DNA of 64,000 nt, taken from contig JAQCIU010000002.1 in NCBI GenBank assembly GCA_027593235.1, positions 64,001 to 128,000 of the forward strand, in the 5' to 3' direction. Under the pieces are notes generated by a model. That model searched no databases, had not been told where the DNA came from, and saw only the letters and a list, made by a program, of their open reading frames with translations. The DNA is from Chloroflexota bacterium. Its GTDB lineage: Bacteria > Chloroflexota > Dehalococcoidia > UBA2979. Positions 30,801-39,569 of this stretch are shown piece by piece. Each line of letters opens with the position of its first letter. Within the stretch, counting starts at the first letter, position 1. The translations under genes and the position numbers were made by a program.

Positions 30801-31451
30801 TTCGTCTCGCTGTTCGACTTCGTCCAACGCACCGGCGTCAGCCGCGAGGCGACCCAGAACCTGATCCGCATCGGCGCCTTCGACGACTTCGGCCTCAACC
30901 GCCGCGAGCTGATCTGGCAGCTCGGCCTCTTCTGGGGCGACATGCACCAGAGCAAGCTGTCCGTGAAACGGGAGCGCCAGCTCCGCATGCCGATGGCGAC
31001 TTCACAGGACCAGGTGCAGCTCGCCGACTTCAGCGACTACCAGCGCATGACCGCCGACTACGAGCTGATGTCGCTCTCGCCCGACCGCCACCCGATGCAG
31101 TTCCTGCGCCCCGCCCTCGGCGAGGGCGTCGCCTCCAGCCGCCACCTCCGCGCGATGCCGGGCAACGCGAAGGTGGAGGTGGCCGGCCTCGTGGTCTGCC
31201 GTCAGCGCCCGATGACCGCCAAGGGCATCATCTTCCTGCTGCTGGAGGACGAGTTTGGCCTGATGAACATCCTCGTCAGCCGCGAGCTATCCGAGAAGTT
31301 CCGCGACCACATCCGCACCGAGCCGTTCATCCGCGCCACGGGCATCCTCGAAGAGCGCGCCGGCGAGCAGCGGACGCTGGTGGCGACTCACCTCGAGGCG
31401 CTCGTGCCCGCGGAGGTGTTTCGGACACCGGAGGGGAAGTCGTGGGGGTAG
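27861..31451 (+). CDS. dnaE2: Error-prone DNA polymerase III alpha (DnaE2/ImuC)
   Basis: PHP motif ELHAHSNYS, GRGSS, PDIDLD, HLSQHVGG, WDKDS, FGFPKSH, NQPMGFY, OB fold RQRPMTAKG; short C-tail. Confidence 0.95.
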   Translation: MNLWPGSQSNDHFCSDHGPKHQHGPDRWESFAAQRAEVDAQVEYDTPRSLATRDPTDPVPIEVLDAVPYVELHAHSNYSLLEGASSIEELVWEAREQGHAALALTDHNGMFGSMEFARAAKEAGLRPITGLELTVVEPNPEDGRAWYERSPAAGRSDRGRKPVRGVAVQREGLLAPRGRSHVTLLAETKQGYSNLCRLSSIAFGLLEESDAAKEERRLDPCIAIAQLEAHSEGLILLTGCRDSSVARLAGEGQLDQSEAALRRFVEWFGLESVFVELQDNLVFGDRPRNRALVQVAERVGVGVVGTGNVHYHDRKRHRLQDVMVAIRSRKSLDESHQERRPNAEFYLRSPERQARRFEAYHPDAAANSVRIARRCAFDLTEDLGFRLPSPETESGRPPIEELGAICRVRLYERYATATTQDREVAEARLEHELRLIEMNGLAGFFLVYHQIFELASEVADEVRGTEARRRANMPPGRGRGSSVASIVCYLIGLSHIDPIKNNLTVDRFLNEGMRTFPDIDLDFARDIRAELIERVYRVWGKEHAALVAIFPTYRLKSAIRDIGKALGLPSAELERLAKKSNPHGGIEDLPEELARLPEFADRLETQAWRDLLELSQELAGFPRHLSQHVGGMVISSEPLIDFVPCQPAAWPNRYICHWDKDSVDDAKMVKIDFLGLGMLSVVEETADLIAEQGHRPLDLSRIAFDDSDVYDDICRGDTVGVFQIESRAQIAMLPRTQPRNLEDLTVQVSIVRPGPIVGGAVNPYVREREKQRRLGDRYTPPNVHECVNDVLGETLGVVLFQEQVVQVARQMGGFTAGQAEQFRRAMSRKRSLAAMQRYEQDFMDGAASRGVPPVTAERMFQNLLGFAEFGFPKSHGAAFGLLAYQTSWLKRYHPAPFTCALFNNQPMGFYPPHVLTNDAKRHEIEVLRPDINVSKARCSVELPSSGGGARGAVRVGLGYVRGVGQAASERIEYEHMLGGDFVSLFDFVQRTGVSREATQNLIRIGAFDDFGLNRRELIWQLGLFWGDMHQSKLSVKRERQLRMPMATSQDQVQLADFSDYQRMTADYELMSLSPDRHPMQFLRPALGEGVASSRHLRAMPGNAKVEVAGLVVCRQRPMTAKGIIFLLLEDEFGLMNILVSRELSEKFRDHIRTEPFIRATGILEERAGEQRTLVATHLEALVPAEVFRTPEGKSWG

Positions 31452-31492
31452 GAGGTGCGCGCTGCTTCGATCCCACGACGTCGGCGAGGATT

Positions 31493-31975
31493 CTATGGCG
31501 GCGGCAGAAAAACGTACGGCCTTCTCGATGCATTAGCGTCGTGGGCAACTTCGAGAGCAGACAAGAAGGCATCTTCTTGCCCTGGTGAAATAAGCGAGCC
31601 GTAAACGGTAGCGTCGCTCAGTTTGACGTCCTGGAGATTGAGCCCGCGAAAGTCGGCTCCCAACAGGTTGTTTCGACTGAAACGTGTGTGCTCAAGCCGC
31701 GCTCCTCGCCACACCGAATAGCTGAGGTTGGCACGCCGAAGGCGCGCTCGTTGGAGCTTGGAGTCGGAGAAGTCAGTCCTAGTGAGGTTTGCGCGCTTCA
31801 ACTGAGCAAGATAGAGATCCGCACCACGGAGGTTCAGGCCCGGAGCGTATGCCTCGCGTAGATCCGCCCTCTGGAGGTCAGAATCCGAAAGGTCGACATC
31901 GAGCAGAACGGCCGCTTGGAGCTTGGCCCTAGTTAGCGTTGCTCCCGAGAGGTCGACCCGATAGAGGTATGCACC
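31493..31975 (-). pseudogene. Pentapeptide-repeat protein fragment, lower GC, no evident start
   Basis: A(D/N)LxxA repeats (VDLSGATLTRAKLQAA, ADLREA, ANLTRTDFSDSKLQRARLRRANLSYS); atypical A/T-ending codons. Confidence 0.7.
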
Positions 31976-32048
31976 GGGCGGAACCGGCGCGCGTCGACCC
32001 GGACGAATGGCGGGTTGACGGGGGCGGTGCGGGTGCCGCCGGCGGGCG

Positions 32049-34496
32049 CTACTGGAGCACCCCGCCAGCGGCGAGTTCCGCGATCCGATCGGCGTCGTAG
32101 CCGAGCAGACAGTTGAGCACCTCGAAGTTGTGCTCGCCGAACGTGGGGCCGCCACGCTCCGTCCGCGCCGGCGTCCGTGACAGGCGGAACCGCGAGGCCT
32201 CGACGGTTGTCTCGCCGAGCGCGGAATGCGCGACGCGCGCGAAGTGGCCGCGGTGGATGAGCTGCGGGTCGGCGATCGCCTCGGTGCTGTTCTGCACCGC
32301 GTGCGCGGGGACGCCGGCGGCCTGGAGCGTGTGCTCGGCCTCGGACATGTCGCGCTCGGCAGTCCAGGCGGCGACCGCGGCATCGAGGGCCTCGGTGGCG
32401 CCGAGGCGCCCGGCGAGGGTGGAGAGCGCGGGGTCCGCCGCGAGGTCGGTGCGCCCGATCGCGGTGGCGAGCGCCGACCACTGGGCGTCGGTCTCGCAGG
32501 CGACGGCGACCCAGCGGTCGGTGCCGGTGGCGGGGTAGACGCCGTGCGGCGCCATCTGAGGGGCGCTGTCACCACGGCGTTCGAACTCGTGCCCATTGAT
32601 CGAGTAATCGAGCATCGCCGGCGCGAGGTAGTGGATGCTCGACTCCGCCTGCGAGAAGTCGATGTACTGGCCCTCGCCTGTACGGTCGCGGTGTTCGAGG
32701 GCGGCCAGCACGGCCGCGAGGGTGAATCGCGGCGCGACATAATCGCTGTACGCGGCGACCATGGCGGGGTCGCGATCGGCCCAGCCGGCGAGCATGTTGA
32801 ACCCCGCCGCGGCGGCCCCCATGGTGCCGAACCCGGCGATATCCGAATACGGCCCGCTCTGCCCGAACAGCGAGCTGCTGAGCATGATGACCCGCGGATT
32901 GACCTCGCGGATCTGCTCGTAGCTCAAGCCCCAGGCACGCATCGCGCGCGGCGAGAACGACTCGCCGACGACGTCGGCCCAGCGCACGAGATCGAGGACG
33001 ACGGCGCGGCCTTCCTCGGAACCGAGGTCGAGTGTCAGTCCGAGCTTGCCGGCGTTCATGTTCTGGTAGAGGCCCGAGTTCTCGGGACCGGCGGCGCCGG
33101 TGTTCCACGGACCGAGGCCACGGGCCGTGTCGACGCGCGTCGTCGATTCGATCTTGACCACGGTGGCGCCGTAGTCGGCCATGACGCGGGTGGAGGTCGG
33201 GCCGGCGACCACCCACATGAAATCGAGGACCTTCAGATCGCTCAGCGGCAGGTCCGCGCCGCTGCTCTCTACCGGGGGAGGAGCCGAAGCTGTTCGCGTG
33301 AGTGCCGACTCGAACTCCGCGTCGTGCTGTCCGATTGCGGGCGCGGTGTCGCCGAGATCGAGCGGCGTAGCGCTCAATCGAGCGAACGCGCCGGGGTAGC
33401 GGACGCTTCGTCCGTCCTCGGCAGGCACGTCGTGCCAGTAGTCGCGGGCCGCGAACTGCGGCGAATCGTGCAGATCGCCGATCGCCGACAGCGGGACGAT
33501 GAGCAGGCGGCGGGCCATCGCCTCGCGGAGCAGCTCTTCCTTCGTCTTTGACGCGACGAATGCGCCGACGGTCTGGAGGACGCGCTGGTACTCGGCCGGT
33601 GGTTCCTGTCCGCTGACGAGCAACCCGGTGTAGTTGAGCCAGTCCTTGTCGCGGGTGGCTTCGTCGCAGCCCCCCTCCTCGTAGATCCACTCCATGAGGC
33701 GGCGCGAGAAGGGCCCGATCGCCGCGCCGAAGAGGAAGGTGACCGAGGCGTAGCCGTCCTTCGCTTTCCAGACGAGCGGGATCGGTAGCCCGCTGAGGTT
33801 GACGCCACCGGTGAAGCGGCTGGTGTCGACATCGCCGACGGCGTGCGCGAGGGCGATCGACTGGGTCGCCTGCATGAGCGACGTCTGCGCGGACACGTCG
33901 ATGTGCTGACCGAGGCCGGAGCGGGTGCGCTCGCGGAGCGCGATCAGGGCGGCCTGCGCCGCCTCGGCGCCGGCGTGCAACCCCGACTGGGGGAGGCCGA
34001 TTCGCAGTGGTGCGCGGTCGTGGTCCCCGGTGATCGCCATCTCGACCGACGAGGCCGCGATGACGAGGTCGCTGGCGGCGTAGCCGGCTTTCGGTCCATC
34101 CGCGCCGAAGCCGCTGATCGACACATAGACGAGGCCCGGATTGCCCTCGGCAAGCGCGTCGTAACCGAGGCCGATTGCGTCCATCTGGCCGGGGCCGGCG
34201 GATTCGATCAGCACGTCAGCGGTGGCGGCGAGCTTGCGGAGGCGCTCCCGCCCGGCCTCGGAGGCGAGGTCCGCGGTCATGGATCGCTTGTTGCGGGCGT
34301 AGGACCACCAGTTGAGGGAGTGATCGCCGTCATCGATGTCGTGCGCGAACGGTCCGCGGCGGCGCGCCGGATTGCCCTCGGGCGGTTCGATCGCAATCAC
34401 GTCGGCGCCGAGGTCGGCGAGGATCATCCCGCCAATCAGGCCTCGGTCGTCGGTGAGGTCGAGCACGCGGTAGTGGCTGAGCATCGTTTCCCCCAT
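32049..34496 (-). CDS. Tandem-fused family III CoA-transferase (two CaiB/BaiF domains)
   Basis: RVLDL..LADLGADVI..RNKRS, then KVLDF..AGP..DYGATVVKIE..NAGK; AAYSD in the second domain. Confidence 0.93.
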   Translation of the reverse strand: MGETMLSHYRVLDLTDDRGLIGGMILADLGADVIAIEPPEGNPARRRGPFAHDIDDGDHSLNWWSYARNKRSMTADLASEAGRERLRKLAATADVLIESAGPGQMDAIGLGYDALAEGNPGLVYVSISGFGADGPKAGYAASDLVIAASSVEMAITGDHDRAPLRIGLPQSGLHAGAEAAQAALIALRERTRSGLGQHIDVSAQTSLMQATQSIALAHAVGDVDTSRFTGGVNLSGLPIPLVWKAKDGYASVTFLFGAAIGPFSRRLMEWIYEEGGCDEATRDKDWLNYTGLLVSGQEPPAEYQRVLQTVGAFVASKTKEELLREAMARRLLIVPLSAIGDLHDSPQFAARDYWHDVPAEDGRSVRYPGAFARLSATPLDLGDTAPAIGQHDAEFESALTRTASAPPPVESSGADLPLSDLKVLDFMWVVAGPTSTRVMADYGATVVKIESTTRVDTARGLGPWNTGAAGPENSGLYQNMNAGKLGLTLDLGSEEGRAVVLDLVRWADVVGESFSPRAMRAWGLSYEQIREVNPRVIMLSSSLFGQSGPYSDIAGFGTMGAAAAGFNMLAGWADRDPAMVAAYSDYVAPRFTLAAVLAALEHRDRTGEGQYIDFSQAESSIHYLAPAMLDYSINGHEFERRGDSAPQMAPHGVYPATGTDRWVAVACETDAQWSALATAIGRTDLAADPALSTLAGRLGATEALDAAVAAWTAERDMSEAEHTLQAAGVPAHAVQNSTEAIADPQLIHRGHFARVAHSALGETTVEASRFRLSRTPARTERGGPTFGEHNFEVLNCLLGYDADRIAELAAGGVLQ

Positions 34497-34655
34497 GCGG
34501 CAGGCGTATGCGGTGGGTTCGGCGAGCGCATCCTATCGCGATCGTCATCGGGCGTGTCAGGGCGGGGTGCGTTCGCCGCGAGGTTTCGGGACGGCTGCGG
34601 TCGGATATCGTGTCGGTGGCCCGCCCGGGCCGCGCACTACATCCAGGAGGATCCG

Positions 34656-35492
34656 ATGGCCGATTCCGCGATGAACATCTCGATGCCGCCGATCCCGCGC
34701 ACGACGGGCATCCGCCTCGAGGGCAAACGGGCGATCGTGACCGGCGCCGGATCGCGCGCGGCGGGGATTGGGAACGGACGGGCGGCCGCGACGCTGTTCG
34801 CCCTCGAGGGTGCGCGCGTGCTGCTGGTGGATCGCGAGCTGGAATCCGCGGAGCAGACGCGCGCGCTGATCCTGGAGCAGCGCCCCGAGGCCGAGGTCGA
34901 GGTCTTCGAGGGCGATGTGACCGACGAGGAGTCCTGCGCGGCGATGGTGCGGACCGCGGTCCAGGCGTGGGGCGGTCTCGATGTGCTGCAGAACAACGTC
35001 GGTGTTGGCCTCTCGGAGGGGAGCGTGGTCGACACCGACCTCGATCAGTGGGACATGGTGCAGGAGGTCAACGTCCGGAGCATGGTGCTGACCGGACGGC
35101 ACGCGATCCCGGCGATGATCGCCTCGGGTGGCGGATCGATCATCAATATCTCCTCGGTGGCCGCGTTGCGGCCGCGCGGGATGACCGCCTATTCCACCTC
35201 GAAGGGCGCCGTGATCGCGCTGTCGCAGGCAATGGCGGCGGATCACGCGCGACAGGGCGTGCGGGTGAACTGCATCGCGCCCGGCCCGGTGTACACGCCG
35301 ATGGTCTACGCGGGCGGGATGGACGAGGAGCGGCGCACGTCGCGTCGCGAGGCCTCGGCGCTGGGCATCGAGGGCACCGGATGGGACATCGGCCTCGCGG
35401 CGGTGTTCCTCGCCTCGGACGAGTCGCGCTACATCACGGGGCTGGTGCTGCCCGTCGAGGGCGGAATGTTGCTGCGGGGACCGAGCCGCTAG
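34656..35492 (+). CDS. SDR family oxidoreductase
   Basis: TGAGS...GIGNG, NNVG, YSTSK, RVNCIAPG; AGGAGG RBS. Confidence 0.93.
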   Translation: MADSAMNISMPPIPRTTGIRLEGKRAIVTGAGSRAAGIGNGRAAATLFALEGARVLLVDRELESAEQTRALILEQRPEAEVEVFEGDVTDEESCAAMVRTAVQAWGGLDVLQNNVGVGLSEGSVVDTDLDQWDMVQEVNVRSMVLTGRHAIPAMIASGGGSIINISSVAALRPRGMTAYSTSKGAVIALSQAMAADHARQGVRVNCIAPGPVYTPMVYAGGMDEERRTSRREASALGIEGTGWDIGLAAVFLASDESRYITGLVLPVEGGMLLRGPSR

Positions 35493-35493
35493 C

Positions 35494-35691
35494 GTGATCG
35501 GGTTTGGTCTGGCGCTGTTCGCCGCACTGATCGCCGAGGTGTTCGTGCTGATGCTCGGGCGCGATTCGATTTCGGTGCCGGACGCGGCGCGCTTCGGCCT
35601 CCACGGGTTGGTGATCGTCCTCGCGGTCGTCGTCCTCGCGGTCGTCGTCGCCGCGCTCGCCGTACGGGAGCTGCGTCGAACGCCTCGCTAG
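35494..35691 (+). CDS. Small two-TM membrane protein
   Basis: 65 aa, two hydrophobic helices, starts 1 nt after the SDR stop. Confidence 0.5.
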   Translation: MIGFGLALFAALIAEVFVLMLGRDSISVPDAARFGLHGLVIVLAVVVLAVVVAALAVRELRRTPR

Positions 35692-38279
35692 TCGGCCTTC
35701 GTCTGCTGCGCCTGTTCGCGGAGCGCGAGCACCTCGACGGGCGTGGTTTCGAGGACGCCCGTCGCGCGGAGGGCGGCGATCTCCGCTTCGCTCTTTCCGA
35801 GGACGTCTCGGAGTACGTAGTCCGTGTGCTGGCCGAGGGTCGGCGCGGCGCGGCGGATCTCGCCCGGGGTGCGGCTGAAGCGCCAGGGGATCCCGCTCAC
35901 GAGGTGCGGACCGACGGACTTGTGGTCAACGATCGGCCAGAAGCCGCGGGCCTGGAGATGCGGGTCGTCGACGACACGTCGATTTTCGGCGACGACGCCG
36001 GCGGCGATGCCGGCGGATTGCAGCTCGGACATCGCGAGATCACGGTGGCGCGTCTCGGTCCACGCGGTGATCGCGGCGTCGATCTCGTCGTGGCGGGAAC
36101 GGCGGCCGACGAGTGTCTGGAGCGCGGGCGCCGCAGCGAGGTCGGGTTGGCCGATCGCGACGGCAAGGGCACGCCACTCCTCGGTGGATCCGACCGCGAG
36201 GGCGACCCACGCGTCTTCGCCGGCGCAGCGGTAGACGCCGCTGGGGGCCATGAACTCGTCGCGGTTACCGATGCGCTGTGGCTCGTTGCCGGTCAGTTCG
36301 TACTCGACCACCTCGTCACCGAGCCAGCAGATCGCGGCCTCGCGCTGGGAGAGGTCGATGTAGCTGCCACGGCCGGTGCGGCGGCGGTGGTGGAGCGCGG
36401 TGAGGATGTAGCCGGTGGCATGGATCCCGGCGATCGGGTCGCCGTAGTTGATGCCTGACTTCATCGGGATGTCGCCGGGATAGCCGGTGCGACCGACGAT
36501 GCCGCCGAGCTGTTCAATCGCGACGCCGTAGCCGACGTACTTGCCTTCCGGTCCGCCGTTGCCGCTGGGCGGCATGGAGATGAAGACGGTGTCCTCGCGG
36601 ATGCTCTTGAGCACCTCGTAGCCGTAGCCCATGCGCTCGAAGACGCCTCCGCCGAAGTTCTCGACGACCACGTCCGCCTTCGCGATCAGTTCGTGGAGGA
36701 TGGCGCGGCCCTCGGGAGCGAGGATGTTCATGCAGAGGTCGAACTTGCCGCGGTTCAGCTTGTTGAAGTAGCCGTTGCGGTTCCAAGGCTCGTCGCCCGG
36801 ATCGTCGTTGGCGTACATCCCGATCGGGCTGTTCGGGATCGCGATCGCCGCGCCGCGGACGGAGTCGAGGTGGCTGTTGACCTCGACCTTGATGACGGTG
36901 GCTCCGAGGTCGCCCATCAGCTTGGTGGCGTAGGGGCCGGCCCAGACCATCGAGAGATCGAGGATCGTCACGTCCTCCAGCGGACCGGCGCAGGTCATGT
37001 CCTCGTTGAGCGGGTCGGTCGGGCCGGCCAACGGGAAGACCCCGTTGGTGACCGGGGGCGCCTGCACGGAGACCGGGTGCGGGCGGACCGGCGACTGCGC
37101 CTCGGGGGCCGGGGTGCCGTCGGTGGATGGCGGGCCGCCGGGGAGCGTCGCGAAGACCTCGGTGTCGTGCTCGCCGAGGAGGGGTGCGCGCCCAAGCGTC
37201 CAGAGGCCGTCGGTGAAGCGGGCGGCCATCGTGGGGTAGCGCGCGGGGCCGGCGACGGGGTGGTCGATCTCCTGGAAGAAGTCGCGGTACTGGAGCTGCT
37301 CGGACTTGAAGAAGTCGGCTGGCGTCGCCACGAAGCCGAAGGGCATGCCGAGCGCCTGGGCGCGGTGGTAGATGTCCTCCTTCTCGTGGGTGACGAGGAA
37401 GGGGAGCATCAGGGCGTCGATCTCGTCGCGCAGGAAGCTGGCGGCACCGGGCGCGGAGAAGCGAGCGTCCGCGAGGGCTTCGCTCTCGACGAGCTGCGGG
37501 ATCATCGCCCAGCGCCTCGGTGGTCCCGAGACGACCCCGACATAACCATCGGCGGCGGGGTAGACGCCCCAGGCGGCGCGGGAGCCGTTCCCGGAGCGCG
37601 GCCAGATGTCCCCGCGGTAGATCCAGACCATGTCGGTGAACTCGAGCAGCGAGGCGACGCACTCGTGGATCGAGACGTCGACATGCTGGCCGCGTCCCGA
37701 GGTGGCGCGCTCCCAGAGCGCGACGAGCGTGGCATCGAAGGCGTTGTGCCCGGCGCCGTACGCGCCGAGGTAGCCGCCGTTCTTCAGCGGCTCGCGATCG
37801 GGCTCGCCGGTGGTGTGCATCAGGCCACCGAGGGCGTAAGTGGTGATCTCCCAGGCGGCGAGATCGCTGTAGGGACCGTCCTGTCCGAAGTCGGTGATGG
37901 AGACGCAGATCAGGTTCGGGAACGCCGAGTTGAGCTCGTCGTAACCGAGGCCCCAGCGCGCCAGCGTTCCGGGGCGGTAGCCCTCGACGAGCACGTCGGC
38001 GTCAGCGAGCAGCTCCCGCAGCGCGCGGCGCCCGTCCTCGCTCTCCAGCTCGAGCGTGACGGAACGCTTGCCCTGGTTGAGGTAGAGCTGGAACGCACCG
38101 ACCTCGATGTTGCCGTCTTTGCCTTCGGGGAACGGACCCCAGTGGCGGATCGGATCGCCGCCAGGGCGTTCGACCTTGATCACGTCGGCGCCGAAACCCG
38201 CGAGCATACGCGTGCACCACGGGCCGGAGATGTAGCTGCTGAGATCGACAACCTTGAGGCCGGTGAGCGGACCGTCCAC
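35688..38279 (-). CDS. Tandem-fused family III CoA-transferase with Pro-rich linker
   Basis: LTGLKVVDL..GADVIKVE..NQGKRS; second domain ILDLSMVWAGP..NRGK..NYGDP; GAGGAGG RBS before the GTG. Confidence 0.93.
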   Translation of the reverse strand: MDGPLTGLKVVDLSSYISGPWCTRMLAGFGADVIKVERPGGDPIRHWGPFPEGKDGNIEVGAFQLYLNQGKRSVTLELESEDGRRALRELLADADVLVEGYRPGTLARWGLGYDELNSAFPNLICVSITDFGQDGPYSDLAAWEITTYALGGLMHTTGEPDREPLKNGGYLGAYGAGHNAFDATLVALWERATSGRGQHVDVSIHECVASLLEFTDMVWIYRGDIWPRSGNGSRAAWGVYPAADGYVGVVSGPPRRWAMIPQLVESEALADARFSAPGAASFLRDEIDALMLPFLVTHEKEDIYHRAQALGMPFGFVATPADFFKSEQLQYRDFFQEIDHPVAGPARYPTMAARFTDGLWTLGRAPLLGEHDTEVFATLPGGPPSTDGTPAPEAQSPVRPHPVSVQAPPVTNGVFPLAGPTDPLNEDMTCAGPLEDVTILDLSMVWAGPYATKLMGDLGATVIKVEVNSHLDSVRGAAIAIPNSPIGMYANDDPGDEPWNRNGYFNKLNRGKFDLCMNILAPEGRAILHELIAKADVVVENFGGGVFERMGYGYEVLKSIREDTVFISMPPSGNGGPEGKYVGYGVAIEQLGGIVGRTGYPGDIPMKSGINYGDPIAGIHATGYILTALHHRRRTGRGSYIDLSQREAAICWLGDEVVEYELTGNEPQRIGNRDEFMAPSGVYRCAGEDAWVALAVGSTEEWRALAVAIGQPDLAAAPALQTLVGRRSRHDEIDAAITAWTETRHRDLAMSELQSAGIAAGVVAENRRVVDDPHLQARGFWPIVDHKSVGPHLVSGIPWRFSRTPGEIRRAAPTLGQHTDYVLRDVLGKSEAEIAALRATGVLETTPVEVLALREQAQQTKAD

Positions 38280-38516
38280 GGATCCTCCTCGGAGCCTGCA
38301 CCCGGTGAACACCGCTGTGGCGGGGGGGGGAGGCGGGGACACGATAGCGGACCTGACGCCGGCGAGAGAGTGTTGACGCCGCCGGTTGGTGCTCCGCGCA
38401 CACGGCGCTGCTCGCGGACTGGATTCGCACCCCTCGAAATGTCGATGCTGGATCACGGGACCGTCAGGTGACGGTGTACGGTCGGCACGAGAATCGGCCA
38501 TGCATGAGGTGGGGCG

Positions 38517-39569
38517 ATGAAACGACTGGTGGTTTGTTGCGATGGCACCTGGAACAGCGACGACGCGAAGAATCCAACGAATGTCGTCAAGCTATATCGA
38601 GCGATTGTGCTGCAGGACGGGAACGTCCCGCAGATTCCCTGGTACGACCCGGGGGTGGGCACTGAGAACCGACTGAGTCGTGCGATCGGTGGCGTCACCG
38701 GCCTCGGTCTGACGCAGAACGTCGAGGATGCGTACCGCTTCCTGATCCGGAACTACGAGCCCGGCGACGAGGTTTATCTGTTCGGCTTCAGCCGCGGGGC
38801 GTATACCGCGCGCAGCCTGGGTGGGCTGATCCGCAACAGCGGGATCTTGCGTCGCGACTACGAGGCGCGCGTCAGCCAGGCGATCAAGCTGTACCGCGAC
38901 CGCAAACGCGATCCGTACCACCCGGCCGTGGTGCGGTTCCGCGGGGACTTTTCGCACCCGGACTTCCGGTTGAAGCTGATCGGTGTGTGGGACACCGTTG
39001 GTGCGCTGGGCATCCCCGGCAACGTTTTCACGAAGCTGAACCAACACTTGAACAGCTTCCACGACGTGAAGCTGAGCCGGAGCGTCGAGTTTGGGTACCA
39101 GGCGCTGGCGGTCGATGAGCATCGTCGGGCGTTCTCGGCAGCGCTCTGGGAGGTACAGGACGATCCGACGGCGACCGCGGGGAACATCGGGTCGCTTGGT
39201 GGATCGCAGGTCGTGGAGCAGGTCTGGTTCGCGGGGGCGCATTCGGACGTCGGTGGGGGGTACTCCGATCACCGGCTGTCGGACGCCGCGCTGACATGGA
39301 TGTTGGAACGGGTCGCGGCAGCGGGGCTGGCGCTGAAATCGGATGCGATCCCCGGTGACGTCGGCGCCCACGACGCGCGCATCCACAACTCACGCAGCGG
39401 CATCTTCCAGTACCTCCCCGGGATCGACCGCGAGGTGGGCAAGCAGGCCGTCGAGGACGTGCACGAGACCGTACAGGAGCGTGTGCGCTCCTCGGACTAT
39501 GCGCCGAAGGGGCTGCGGGAGTCGCGGTTCTGGGCGGCGCTGAGAGGCGGGAGTGATGGCACGCATTGA
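38517..39569 (+). CDS. DUF2235 alpha/beta hydrolase (Tle1 phospholipase-like)
   Basis: RLVVCCDGTWN, TNV, GVGT, GFSRGAYTAR, GVWDTVG, VWFAGAHSDVGGG. Confidence 0.92.
   Translation: MKRLVVCCDGTWNSDDAKNPTNVVKLYRAIVLQDGNVPQIPWYDPGVGTENRLSRAIGGVTGLGLTQNVEDAYRFLIRNYEPGDEVYLFGFSRGAYTARSLGGLIRNSGILRRDYEARVSQAIKLYRDRKRDPYHPAVVRFRGDFSHPDFRLKLIGVWDTVGALGIPGNVFTKLNQHLNSFHDVKLSRSVEFGYQALAVDEHRRAFSAALWEVQDDPTATAGNIGSLGGSQVVEQVWFAGAHSDVGGGYSDHRLSDAALTWMLERVAAAGLALKSDAIPGDVGAHDARIHNSRSGIFQYLPGIDREVGKQAVEDVHETVQERVRSSDYAPKGLRESRFWAALRGGSDGTH

Noticed and set aside
28905-30947. Long antisense and alternate-frame ORFs (e.g. 680 aa here, 738 aa at 40436-42652, 592 aa at 36693-38471)
   Set aside because: Shadows of real genes, expected from high-GC codon bias; no recognisable motifs, except the GNAT remnant noted separately
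38322-38330. G9 homopolymer as a phase-variation tract
   Set aside because: Lies in a non-coding leader, not clearly in a promoter spacer; weak evidence in high-GC DNA
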